A stretch of DNA of 46,885 bases, from positions 1-46,885 of the forward strand of contig QPGO01000352.1 of NCBI GenBank assembly GCA_008632985.1, in the 5' to 3' direction. The DNA is from Psammoneis japonica. Taxonomy: Eukaryota. How positions within the stretch are numbered: position 1 is the first letter of the stretch; each line of letters starts with the position of its first letter. A model generated the notes under the pieces. It was not told where the DNA came from. It did no database searches and saw only the letters and a program-made list of their open reading frames with translations. The translations under genes and the position numbers were made by a program. Shown piece by piece: positions 33,336-43,149 of the stretch.

Positions 33336-35050
33336 GTTTTGATTTTATGATTCATTTTTACATCACTCGTTCTCATGCTTTTTTGCTGTTGCCGCCGACA
33401 GAGTGCAAAAGTGCCCAACACCTCAGCGGCAAAGGTTTGTGCCAAGGTCACCTCATTTATTGATAGATTTATCAACAGTGAAGTTAGTTTTGATGGTGTA
33501 TTCCCCTGAAAATCATTCTGGCTCGTGAGTCACAATGGAAAGATTGAGACAAGCTGATTCATGATGCTCTTGCTCTCCTTTGAGCAAGTGTTCCTGCGAA
33601 TCGACCACTGGTCATTTCTAAGAGCAGATGGAAGGTGCACTATAAACAATGTTGAAGAGACTCACAGTCAGCTGAAGACACAAGTGCTGTCCCCTGCGGC
33701 GCAACGCCAGTGACAATTGTTCCGCAGGGTTCCTGCAGGACGAAGAGAGTGCACCTTGTTCGTGACGACAGAGAGGCTGGACGCTGCAAATGAAGTGAAA
33801 TAGTTGAAGCTCACTGTTCAAGATCTATCTCTTCTTTAGTTGATGAGGAGAATGATGCAGCAGCCTCACCTGAAGGAACCCATTCATCTGTGCCCAAAAT
33901 GACTGCAACAGTCTCTCCAGACGTGCGCCAATCAACTCGAGCAACCAAGAAGCCACCGCCGACTCATGCCAATCTGCATGACAAGATTAAGCACCATTTG
34001 TCATAAATGGCACTTTAATCGAGCAGCAGTGTTGATTAGGAGATTGCATGATAGCCATGCATTCTCTTTGAGCCTCGACAGCACGAACGGCATGTGGAGA
34101 GCACTGCAATGGAGAATGTGACAATGCATGAGCAATGTGGTGTGGCAACATTGAGTTTTGACATGTCATGCACAGTGCTGTCATTCTAAGCACTCAAAGC
34201 ATTTCTATCTAAGTTCTCACTGTATGTTCCTGTGTGCCTGTGTTCAATCGACAATTTTAAATTCGGGAGCCAAGAATTCCAAAGAATCGTCACCGTGGAG
34301 CATTCGTCGCTTTGAAAATTCGAGGACACAAATGATCCACTAAATGATGTTTAGCTTTGGACGGCGGAAGCAGTCACTTCAAAAAGGCTGCAGAAGCTGT
34401 TGGTTCCCATGTCGCACCGCAACTGCTGCTTCCCAAAACCAACAAGGAATTCTGAGCTGTGAGGAAAAAGGAGCTTCAGGAGAACAATTCCTGATGAGGC
34501 GCTCATCAAAAACCGGTGTGCTTCCTTGCGACAGAAAATGGGGTGCCGGAATCATGGAAGCATGTGTTCCTGGAAGACAAACAATTCGGGGATGAAATGA
34601 GGGCAAACGTTGGGCTCTGCAACACTGGGACACTGTGCGAAGCAATGAATGGCACTTTGCTTGCCTCATCTTCATTTCTGTTGTTCGTTCCGCTGTGCAA
34701 TGATGATGGCATTCCAAAAGCAATGACTGTGCTGTCAACGACTGACGTGTGATCATTTCCATCGTTCGTTCTGATGCTGTGCTGATGGCATTCCCCAAAC
34801 ATGCCGTCAGTTGGAACATCGTTGGTCGTCGGTTTGTTGTTTTTTGTTTTTCAGAGCGGCCATTGATTTCACAACAATTGGCAATGAGCAAGTCATCTGC
34901 ACAACTCGTGGCATGTGCGTCTCGTAACCGAGCGAGGAGCAGACAATGTGCCGGGCCTGCGGCTTCATGGGCCCCTCTTTCATGCAGTGACATGCACCCA
35001 AACCATGCCGTCCGTCCTTCTCCTGTGTCATGACGTCATTGGAAAAGGAA

Positions 35051-35113
35051 AAGGAACCCGGATCCAACCTTTTTTTTGGAAAAAAGGAAAAAAAGGTTGG
35101 ATCCGGGTTCCTT
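35051..35113. repeat. Perfect 26-bp inverted repeat, 11-nt loop
   Basis: AAGGAACCCGGATCCAACCTTTTTTT / AAAAAAAGGTTGGATCCGGGTTCCTT. Confidence 0.95.
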
Positions 35114-35833
35114 GTTGGGCATGCATGACCGAGCGCGCGTGACATGCACAGTAGAAACAAGTGTTTGCACCAGCGTAGAAAACTGCATGTCCACCCAGTG
35201 CTAAAAATTTGGGCCGACAATGAAAGGAGCTTCATCGCGCTTTGTACCAGGATGCGCAGAATTCCACAGAAACTCCCTCCGATGCGTCACTCGCGCTTCT
35301 CGCAAAACAACTCTCATGACAATGCGTGAAACACCGTCGACCGTCAGCATTTTGCGACAATGGCGCCACCCTTTACCGCGCTTTCTGTTGCTGCGATCAT
35401 GCAGTGTCATGTGGTCAATTGCACCCGCATGTGTGACAGGTGATGTGGCATTGATCAAAGCACGTTCGTTGAAGATGAAGCACAAGTCAAAAAGGATTGT
35501 GGGTTTCCACTTGCCGGTGTTGTGAGGGAGACGTTGCGTTGTGATTGCAATTCGCTGGCAGGAGCTCAACTCACCCGCATCATTGCCGGACCAATCGATT
35601 TGTTGGATGAAGACACAAGAAAGTTGGGATTTGGTGATTTGAAGACTCTTGTCAGGTGGATGCTCCTTCGTGTTTGATTGTCTCAACATGCCCTTTTGCC
35701 GGTGGCGGGTTGCGAATGATTGCTGAGTGGAATGCTGTTGATGAACCAGCGATGTTGCTGCAACTCATTTAACACTTGAATGTGTGGAGGCAAGGATGGT
35801 GCCTGCATGAGAGAGTTTGAGAAATGGGAAGCA

Positions 35834-36229
35834 GACGCGTTCCAGACGCAGGTGGGAATCCGTGTGACATTGGGCCCACAGACTTCTACGTGCGAGCTCC
35901 GCAGCAAAATTGTGCGGCAATTAAAATGTCAATGATCGCCAACAGAAAATGAGGCAATTTTGCGAACGCACAAACTCGCACATGATTGAAGCACATCATT
36001 TTTTACTCAGCCAGTTGCACTCTTCAGACATTGAAGAATGCAACTGGCGCATTGTTGTTTCTACAAATTTGTCACACAAAACGTCTGGGGCTTTGCAAAA
36101 CAGCGAGTCTGGACAATTTTTTTTAAATGTCACACGTAGAAATCTACGTGCGAAACATGCTGCGGATGATAAAAATTGTTGTTGTCACACGCCAGTGCTG
36201 CGAGCTCCCACCTGGGGCTGGAGCGCGTC
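35834..36229. mobile_element. MITE copy 2 (396 bp), TSD AGCA
   Basis: GACGCGTTCCAG...CTGGAGCGCGTC; AGCA at 35830-35833 and 36230-36233. Confidence 0.92.
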
Positions 36230-36507
36230 AGCAAAGCTGGAAGATGACAGTTGGGTGAAGGTTGGGTGCATGAAAAGACATCTTTGGTGTTTTTGTTTGG
36301 ATGCTGCTGACATCCCCCCCAATGAAAAAATGCCAATGACACAATCACAGGAGTTGGTGACATCTCCAGCTTGATTTTGATGGCAAGGAGTTGCTGGGTG
36401 CAGCACCGCAATGTGCAAGAGGATGGCATTCACGCCGCAGGTGCAATGACTGCCCTGTGTGTGCAATTTTCACAACAACACAATTGAGGCACATTGCACT
36501 CCTCCCC

Positions 36508-36589
36508 ATGCATCATGGCAACGTGTTGCAGCCTTTAAATGTCACAAAGGTTGTGACAAAAATGACCTTTTGTCTGCATGCATGCTGCA
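36508..36589. repeat. Partial third copy of the 111-bp hairpin repeat
   Basis: CGTGTTGCAGCCTTTAAATGTCACAAAGGTTGTGACAAAAATGACCTTTTGTCTGCATGCATGCTGCA. Confidence 0.9.
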
Positions 36590-37734
36590 CAATGCTTCAA
36601 AATGAATGTCTGTGGATGACAAGCACCCCAGTTGATCACTCAACAATGTCGCCTTTGTTCTCAGACATCATGTCTTCAAAGCTGGACCCAAGCTTCTGCT
36701 CTCTTCTTTGCTTTGTGCCATTGCAAGATGAGAGCAAGTGTGAGTCACTCCCTCTGAGTCACTCCCTCTGCCAACAGAGAGAAGTTGATGTTTGTCCTCC
36801 TGCGTGCCACAAATCAAATCTCTTCATTGCTCGCATCCAACTCTTCCTTCTGTTGCATCCATCATGCAACATTTTGCTCAATGGACTGTGTTGCTTGGTT
36901 CAGGGCCCCACTCATGAGAGAGAGAGAAAGAGTTGTGTGCTCTGTTTCTCTTGAGTGCAAGCCATTTGTGGCCCTCCCGCCACCTCGAACATCCACACTG
37001 CAACACCAAATGTTCAATGCTCGAACGACATTCACCCAATTCGGTTGATGAAAGACAACCCAAGCCGCAATGCTGCTGAACAAAAGCAAAAACTGCTCGT
37101 CATGCCAACTGGGACATTCAATGTTAAAGCAGCACAGACAGAGAACAAATGTGAGTGAAGCCGCCAAAAGAAACAATGCAAGTGCAGTGCCAAAGCTGTG
37201 GGCATGATTGAGACACACCATGCAATCTGCTCTGACTGCGAGAAGCAATTGCTTTCACTCAAGCATGTCTGCATTTCTTCTCTCTGGCATCTGTTAGACC
37301 AAGAAATCTCATGCATGTTCTTTGGACAGCAGCTGTCCAGAGACAGCCTCAGCTTGAGAGGTCTCCTCTCCTGCACCACTTCATTCATCATGAACACTGC
37401 ATCGGTTGACTCAGAAAATTGTTGTTGTGCTTTGATTGGGGTTGCATCTTTGTGTTGTGACATTGAAAGCAACACACTTGTTTCTTCATTCTCATCAAAA
37501 CCCTGATTGTGCACAAGACTTGACAGATGCGGGACAGCTGTGAACGGTTGAACCCAGTGTCATGAGGAGTTTGCAGATTTTTGCTGATTGACTGTTGGGC
37601 AGCAGCTCTGCTTGTGTGATCTGTTTGTTTCCAAGTTGAAAGTTCAGCGGACACCTTGCAGCTTCTTTCACAGCAATGGAAGCAAATCCTGACATGTGAG
37701 ACATTCTTTGGAATCGGTGGCTCAGGCAAAAGGA

Positions 37735-38137
37735 GATGGGTCGTTCCAGCCCCAGGTGGGACTCTGTGTGACATTGGGCCCGTGGAATTCTGCGTGCAAG
37801 CTCCGCAGCAAATTTGTTGAGCAATGAAAATGCAAATGATCGCCAACAGAAAAAGAGGCAATTTTGCGAATGTGTCTCCTCCTTCACACTTGCAGCACAT
37901 CATTGGCAGTTTCTTGCCCGGTTGCATTCTGCAAGTGTCAAAAAACACACCCAGAGTGTTTTCATTCTCACAAATGTTGAAAACAGAAAGCCTTTGGCTT
38001 TGCAAAATGGGGAGTGTGAAACAATTTCGTAGAATGTTGCATGTAGAAATCTGCGCGCGTGACGTGCGACATGATCCAAAAAACTCTTGATGTCACAGTA
38101 CAGCAGTGCGAGGTCCCACCTGGAGCTGGAACATGTC
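37735..38137. mobile_element. Diverged MITE copy 3, probable TSD AGGA
   Basis: GTTCCAGCCCCAGGTGGGAC...GTCCCACCTGGAGCTGGAAC; interior is collinear with copy 2; left tip has about 3 extra nt. Confidence 0.75.
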
Positions 38138-38197
38138 AGGAGCTGTCAAAGCATCTTTGGGCATGAACGGCGCCAGTGACCTGGTCCTCACTGAGAA

Positions 38198-39380
38198 GTG
38201 GAAAAAAGTCCTCCTGTGGAATCTGGCAGATCCACGCCAACTCAGAACAGCCCCAGGGATGTGGCTGAGAAACGTGCAATCAGCGAACCAAGTGGCACAA
38301 ACAACCATCGTGAAAATGTGTCCATCCGCGGTGCCCATTCCAGCATCAACACATCAAGGCATGCTGCTGTCACCAAGTTGACGTGTGTGTTGCAGTCTCT
38401 GGACCAGGCACTTTGCAAGAGGAGACCAGACCAGCACAGGTTCATCATCAACATGGATGATCAGGGAAATCTGTTTGACTGCATGGAGTTGGAATGGATT
38501 CCCACGTTGGCAGAAGCGCAGAGAACCAAGTGCCAGGAACAAAAATGGAGCAACTTGCTCTTGTCTTGGAATGAGAAGACAACAGTTTGACAAGATTCAG
38601 ATGCCAAGGAATCTGACGATGAAGTCTTTCAGGCCTGTGCGATGCTAAAATGTCTTCTTGGATCACCAAACTTGAAAAGCATGACTCTGCAGAAGAGCCA
38701 AGGAATTGCAAAAACTCCAAAGTTGCCCCCATCAATGCTGCTCTAGCATGTCATGGACAAGCACAACTGCAATGAGCCCCATGAGCCCACAGCTCACACG
38801 ACACTGAGGTGGGGTGTTGTCAAGGAATGAATTTCATTGCTGCCACTTTTTTCACCTTCATGTCCAAAGAAGCATTCTGGTTGTCAGTTGGCATGCCAGC
38901 GCCAGCTGGCATTTGCTCTGTTTCCGACGCATTGTTTCTTGCTGCTTTTGTTCCTTCTCAAACCACAGCCACTGTGAATGATCCACCTGACCAGATGCAA
39001 AGAATGTTTGGCAGGGACATGCAAGCAGCACACCAGGTGTTGTGTGTGGCTGACAAACTTTTTCATCAGTTTCTGCCTCATCTTGCCCGGCATTTGGAGA
39101 AGGAGAACATCTGCAACATCATGTGTGCAATGCAATGGTGGTTTTAGACATTGCACATGAGCTCTTTTCACTTTGATTTGGTGAGTCACGTGTGGTTTTG
39201 TTTTGACTTCTTGCCAAGGAATGGCAGGTTGTCTGCCGCATCATGCCGGCACTCATGACATGTTCCAACAAACCTTGGAGATGCTCAGCTTCGAAGACAT
39301 TTTGGCTCACCTTCGCCATCTTTCTGATGTGGTTTCAAGTGAGAAAATAAATCTCAAGCACAAACACACTGCCAGGCATG
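38198..39380 (+). pseudogene. Captured TBC (Rab-GAP) gene fragment retaining an intron (38891-38968)
   Basis: EVGCCQGMNFIAA (cf. VGYCQGMNF), EAFWL, FLPHLARHLEKE, MCAMQW, TLHMSSFHFDLVSHVW, LSFEDILAHLR; frameshifted. Confidence 0.85.
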
Positions 39381-39799
39381 AGTGGGTGATGAACAATGTG
39401 GTTCTCAATTTGATCCATTTGTCTCACTGCATCTGCTGGACCCTGACGCGTGCATGTTGATGCACTCAAGGCCAACTTCAAAGACATGCTCAGCAATTCT
39501 GGGGTGTGATCCGCTTGGCACATTGCTTGGAGCTGCACTGGGTGAAGCACTTGGTGCTGGGCTCAAACTTGAAGAAGGTTTGGCTTGCTTTTGCCATCTT
39601 TCCAATGTGATTTCCAGAGACAAAACAAATCTCAAGCCCAAACACACTGCCAGGTGTAAGAAGGAGTGTTGGGTGAAGCACATGATGCAGTCCTCAGTTC
39701 AATTCATTCATCTCACTGTGTCTGCTGGACCCTGACTCATGCACAACAACACGCTCAAGGCCAGCTTCGAAGACATGCTCAAGATTTCTGATTGGAGAC

Positions 39800-40800
39800 T
39801 TGTTGTTCAGCCACTGCTGGGCACTGGACTTGCACTTGAACTTGTGGATGGACTGCTGGGCCCTGCTGCATGGGTTCTGGCCTCTTGCTCAGTGTCGCCA
39901 ATGGAGTTGCTTGCAGCAGGATTGGCGCTGAGGGGCGATCCACTTGGCACACTGCTTGGAGCTGCACTGGGTGAAGCACTCAGTGCCAGACTCAAACTTG
40001 GAGGCAGCAACTTCTGCGTTGGTGCCATTGCTTGTTGCTGATCTTGCACTGGGAGCATCGCTCCGTGCGGAAAAAATTCAGAGCAAGGCTTGCGCCACTG
40101 GGTGATCCACTTGGTGCATCACTGTGAGCCGGACTGCCGCTGCTTGGTGATGTGCTCAAAGCATTGCTTGGTGCTGGACTTGAGCTTGCACCACATGGTG
40201 CTGGACTTGTGCTGGGAGCATTGCTCGGCACAGAACTTGGAGCATGACTTGAGCTCGGTGACTCACTCGGTGACTCACTTGGTGCCAAACCACTGCTTGG
40301 AGCTGCACTGGGTGCCTCACGTGGTTCCGGAGTTGAACTTGGAGGCACCATTGTGTGCGTTGGCACTTCAGTCAGTGCTGGACTTGTGCTGGGGGAGCAT
40401 TGCTTGGTGCGGAACTCGGAGCACGACTTGTGCCAGGTGGTCAACTCAGTCAGTCACTTGGCACTGAACTGCTGCTTGGAGATGCACTGGAAGTCCACTC
40501 TGTGGAGGACTGCAACTCGGTTGTCAGGTCAACTCCAAGCAAGGCACCAACTCCCACCAAGTCTCAGTCTGGCACTGAGTGACTTGCCCAGTGAGTCTCC
40601 AAGTGGCAGCCCCATCCAACGCGAGCCACCAACGCATGCGGCAAGGCCTCCAAGTGTGAGGCCTGCTCCCAACAAAACACCCAGTTCTATCTTGAGTGGC
40701 AGCACTGCATCACTTGGGGTTCTGAACTCAGAGATGAAGTTGGTGCTGGACTTGCACCAGGAGAATTGCTTGGCACCAAACTGGGAGCACGGTCTGCACT
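39800..40800 (-). pseudogene. Ser/Pro-rich low-complexity coding fragments (PSxxPSxxP)
   Basis: PSAAPSSGLAPSESPSESPSSSHAPSSVPSNAPSTSPAP; typical of secreted-protein linkers. Confidence 0.6.
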
Positions 40801-42403
40801 CGGTGTCCCACACGGGGCTTGTTCACTTTGAGCAGGGCTGTTTGATGGAGCACTCCTTTTGCTTGATGCAAAGATTGAGCAGCATGAGGCCCAAGAACAT
40901 GCCAATGAGATGAGTGCCCAAATTTCCACTGACGTTGTCTGCCACATGCTTGCCAGAAAGAAAAAGAGCAGTGTGGCATGAAAACAGAAACCGCTGCATT
41001 TGAGCACGCAATGATGTTGCAAGTGCCAAGGCCATCAATCACAGTCCATTGACGTGCATGCAGAATGAATGACACACCAACAAAGATTGCCACACTGTGC
41101 TTTTGGCATTTCTGCTTCTGTCACAAAGGTTCAAAGCATGTTTCAAAAAATTGAAACATGCCAATGTCAAAAGTGGTGGCTGTCAAAATCGGTCGCGCAG
41201 GATGACATCGCCTCAAAAGCACCATCAGAAGATGGAGCCAAAGCTTTCACACATCTTCAGGTGACAGGAATGGAGTGGAAAAAGTGCAGCTGGAAAACAA
41301 CTTGTGAGAACAGATGCCTCAAAATGACAAGGAAAGAAATGGTTCGGCGCGAGTGGCTGCCAGCAATGGCAACCCCAAAGAAGTGCATCTTTCGTTGATT
41401 CTCTTTTTCTTTCCTTGTGCATCTTGCGATGCATCATTCACAATCATCATCACAGCATGGAGTGCTTCCAAACATTGCTTGGTTCTGCTGATGGTGCTTT
41501 TGATGGCACGTCACTGCAAGCTGCACTTGGCATTGCAGAGGGAAATGCCGAGGGCTCCATGGGAGGGTTGGTCGTCACATCAGCTGGCCGAGTGGAAGGG
41601 GATCAGTTGACGGGACTTTGTTGATTGGCAAAATTGGGACAGCTGATGGACAGGAGTGACATGGACTCCAGGCCGGAGACACGCACTCAACTCACCCTGA
41701 CCTCCAGACTCAACAGAAAACACCCGAGCCGCTGAGACAACACTTCGTGCAAGCAAATGAGTTGTGCAACTGCCAAACAAGAGAAGACTTTCCATTGTCC
41801 AGAGGAATGGGCAAGCCATCCTCTCGGCGATCGCCTGCATTCCTGCTTGGCAAACAACAACACATCGTGCGAGACGACGAGTTGTGTGATCAGAAAACGA
41901 GCGCGAAAGAAAAAAGCCTTTCGGAGAGATTTTCGTTGTGTCGTGACCGTTGCTATTTATTCTCGATCTCTGTCATTTTTGTGTACCACTGTAGAATTAA
42001 AATACCATGATGTCGTATGTAGAACATGCGTGGAAGTTGGTACTGTAGTTTCAAAATTAAGTCATCGGGTCATCAGCCCCGTCTCTCCACGTAAAACACT
42101 CGGAGAAAAGACAAAATTGATTGATTAGCCACAATATCCTGCTATTTATCACAGTCATTATTCCATCAGAAACAAATAACAACAGAAACCAACTGAGGCA
42201 ATAGTTCCTTGAATGTCATTTCGGGTCATAATGTCCATCAAAGTTGGTCACGATTTGTGGAAACAAACTCAGAAGGTCGAAATTATGCGCATCCTACATG
42301 TTGTGTTGCTTCCCTTTCGAATCCATTGCACCTTACATGTGCAGCATTTATACTTGTTTTGTATCCTTCCATGCTCATCAGTGCCTCTGTTGTAAAAATC
42401 ACA

Positions 42404-42901
42404 ATGCCACCATCGTCACAACGCCGCGTCCGCTTCTCGAAATCTTCACCCCAGGTGCACCTTGTGAAAAATGTGGATGAGGCAGACTACGCCCAGGTGT
42501 GGTACAGAAAACCTGAAATGATTCAAATTCTTCAAGAGACAAAGGCTACTGTAAAGGTGCTGCGGAAAATCAAGCCCCGCTACTGCCACTACCCTCACGA
42601 AACCAACATGAGCGACGGTCGTGGTTTGGAAACCTTTGTATCACCTCGCTTTCGAGACGAAATTATTCGCGAACGACGATTTCTGTACGATTTGGTATTT
42701 GCCGAGCAAAAACTTCAAAAGCTCAAGAGAAAATCAGATCCTTCCTCTATTGAGGTGCTGTCTACCGAGTGCTCGAGATGGGCCAAAAACCGTGCTCTTG
42801 CATGTGCCGAGCAAGACACAATCCAAGTTGCCGGCCCAATAAACGACAGAGGGTCGCAAAAGCAAAAGAGTTCCACCAACAACAATGCCAGAAGCGAATA
42901 A
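42404..42901 (+). CDS. Diatom-type hypothetical protein (VRF...WY...RGLE...EQxxQ family)
   Basis: RVRFS..VWYRKPE..GRGLE..VFAEQKLQ..SRWAKNRALACAEQD; normal Tyr and TA usage; ATG at 42404. Confidence 0.8.
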   Translation: MPPSSQRRVRFSKSSPQVHLVKNVDEADYAQVWYRKPEMIQILQETKATVKVLRKIKPRYCHYPHETNMSDGRGLETFVSPRFRDEIIRERRFLYDLVFAEQKLQKLKRKSDPSSIEVLSTECSRWAKNRALACAEQDTIQVAGPINDRGSQKQKSSTNNNARSE

Positions 42902-43149
42902 AAACATCAAGTCCAAGAACGCTGTCAAAAGGCAATGAAACCATCGATCATAAGCACAAAAACCGATCTGATGGCTATGCCTTTTTATCAAGGTTGGTGT
43001 TAGAGCTGCAAGTTTTCAGAAATTCATATCACAAGCACGCTCGTATGAAAGTAGAGCGAAGGAGTCTTGTCGACGAGACAAAGGATACCAGTAGTCTATA
43101 CTAATTTCATGACTTTAGGTATCACCAGCCCCCGAAAGCGACGTTTATT

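Larger units (their letters stand above)
33340..42059. mobile_element. TpA-depleted mosaic repeat block with captured gene fragments and MITEs (Pack-type/Helitron-like; class unresolved)
   Basis: Lies between two divergently transcribed host genes. Contains TBC and Ser/Pro-rich fragments, two MITEs, and modules shared with 27060-28465. No diagnostic termini found. Confidence 0.5.

Noticed and set aside
36640..36665. 17-bp inverted match to about 8258-8274 (AACAAAGGCGACATTGT)
   Set aside because: Similarity does not extend; likely chance.
1..42059. Hundreds of overlapping ORFs as real genes
   Set aside because: Explained by loss of TAA/TAG. Only frames with recognisable motifs or splice structure were kept.
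1..42059. CpG deamination or classical RIP as the cause of the TG/CA excess
   Set aside because: CpG persists, TpA is depleted rather than enriched, and Tyr->Cys/His needs a TA ancestor. Some CG->TG/CA changes probably occur as a minor component.
41950..42060. Canonical Helitron 3' end or a TIR matching the left edge
   Set aside because: No hairpin plus CTRR, and no inverted match to 33230-33400.
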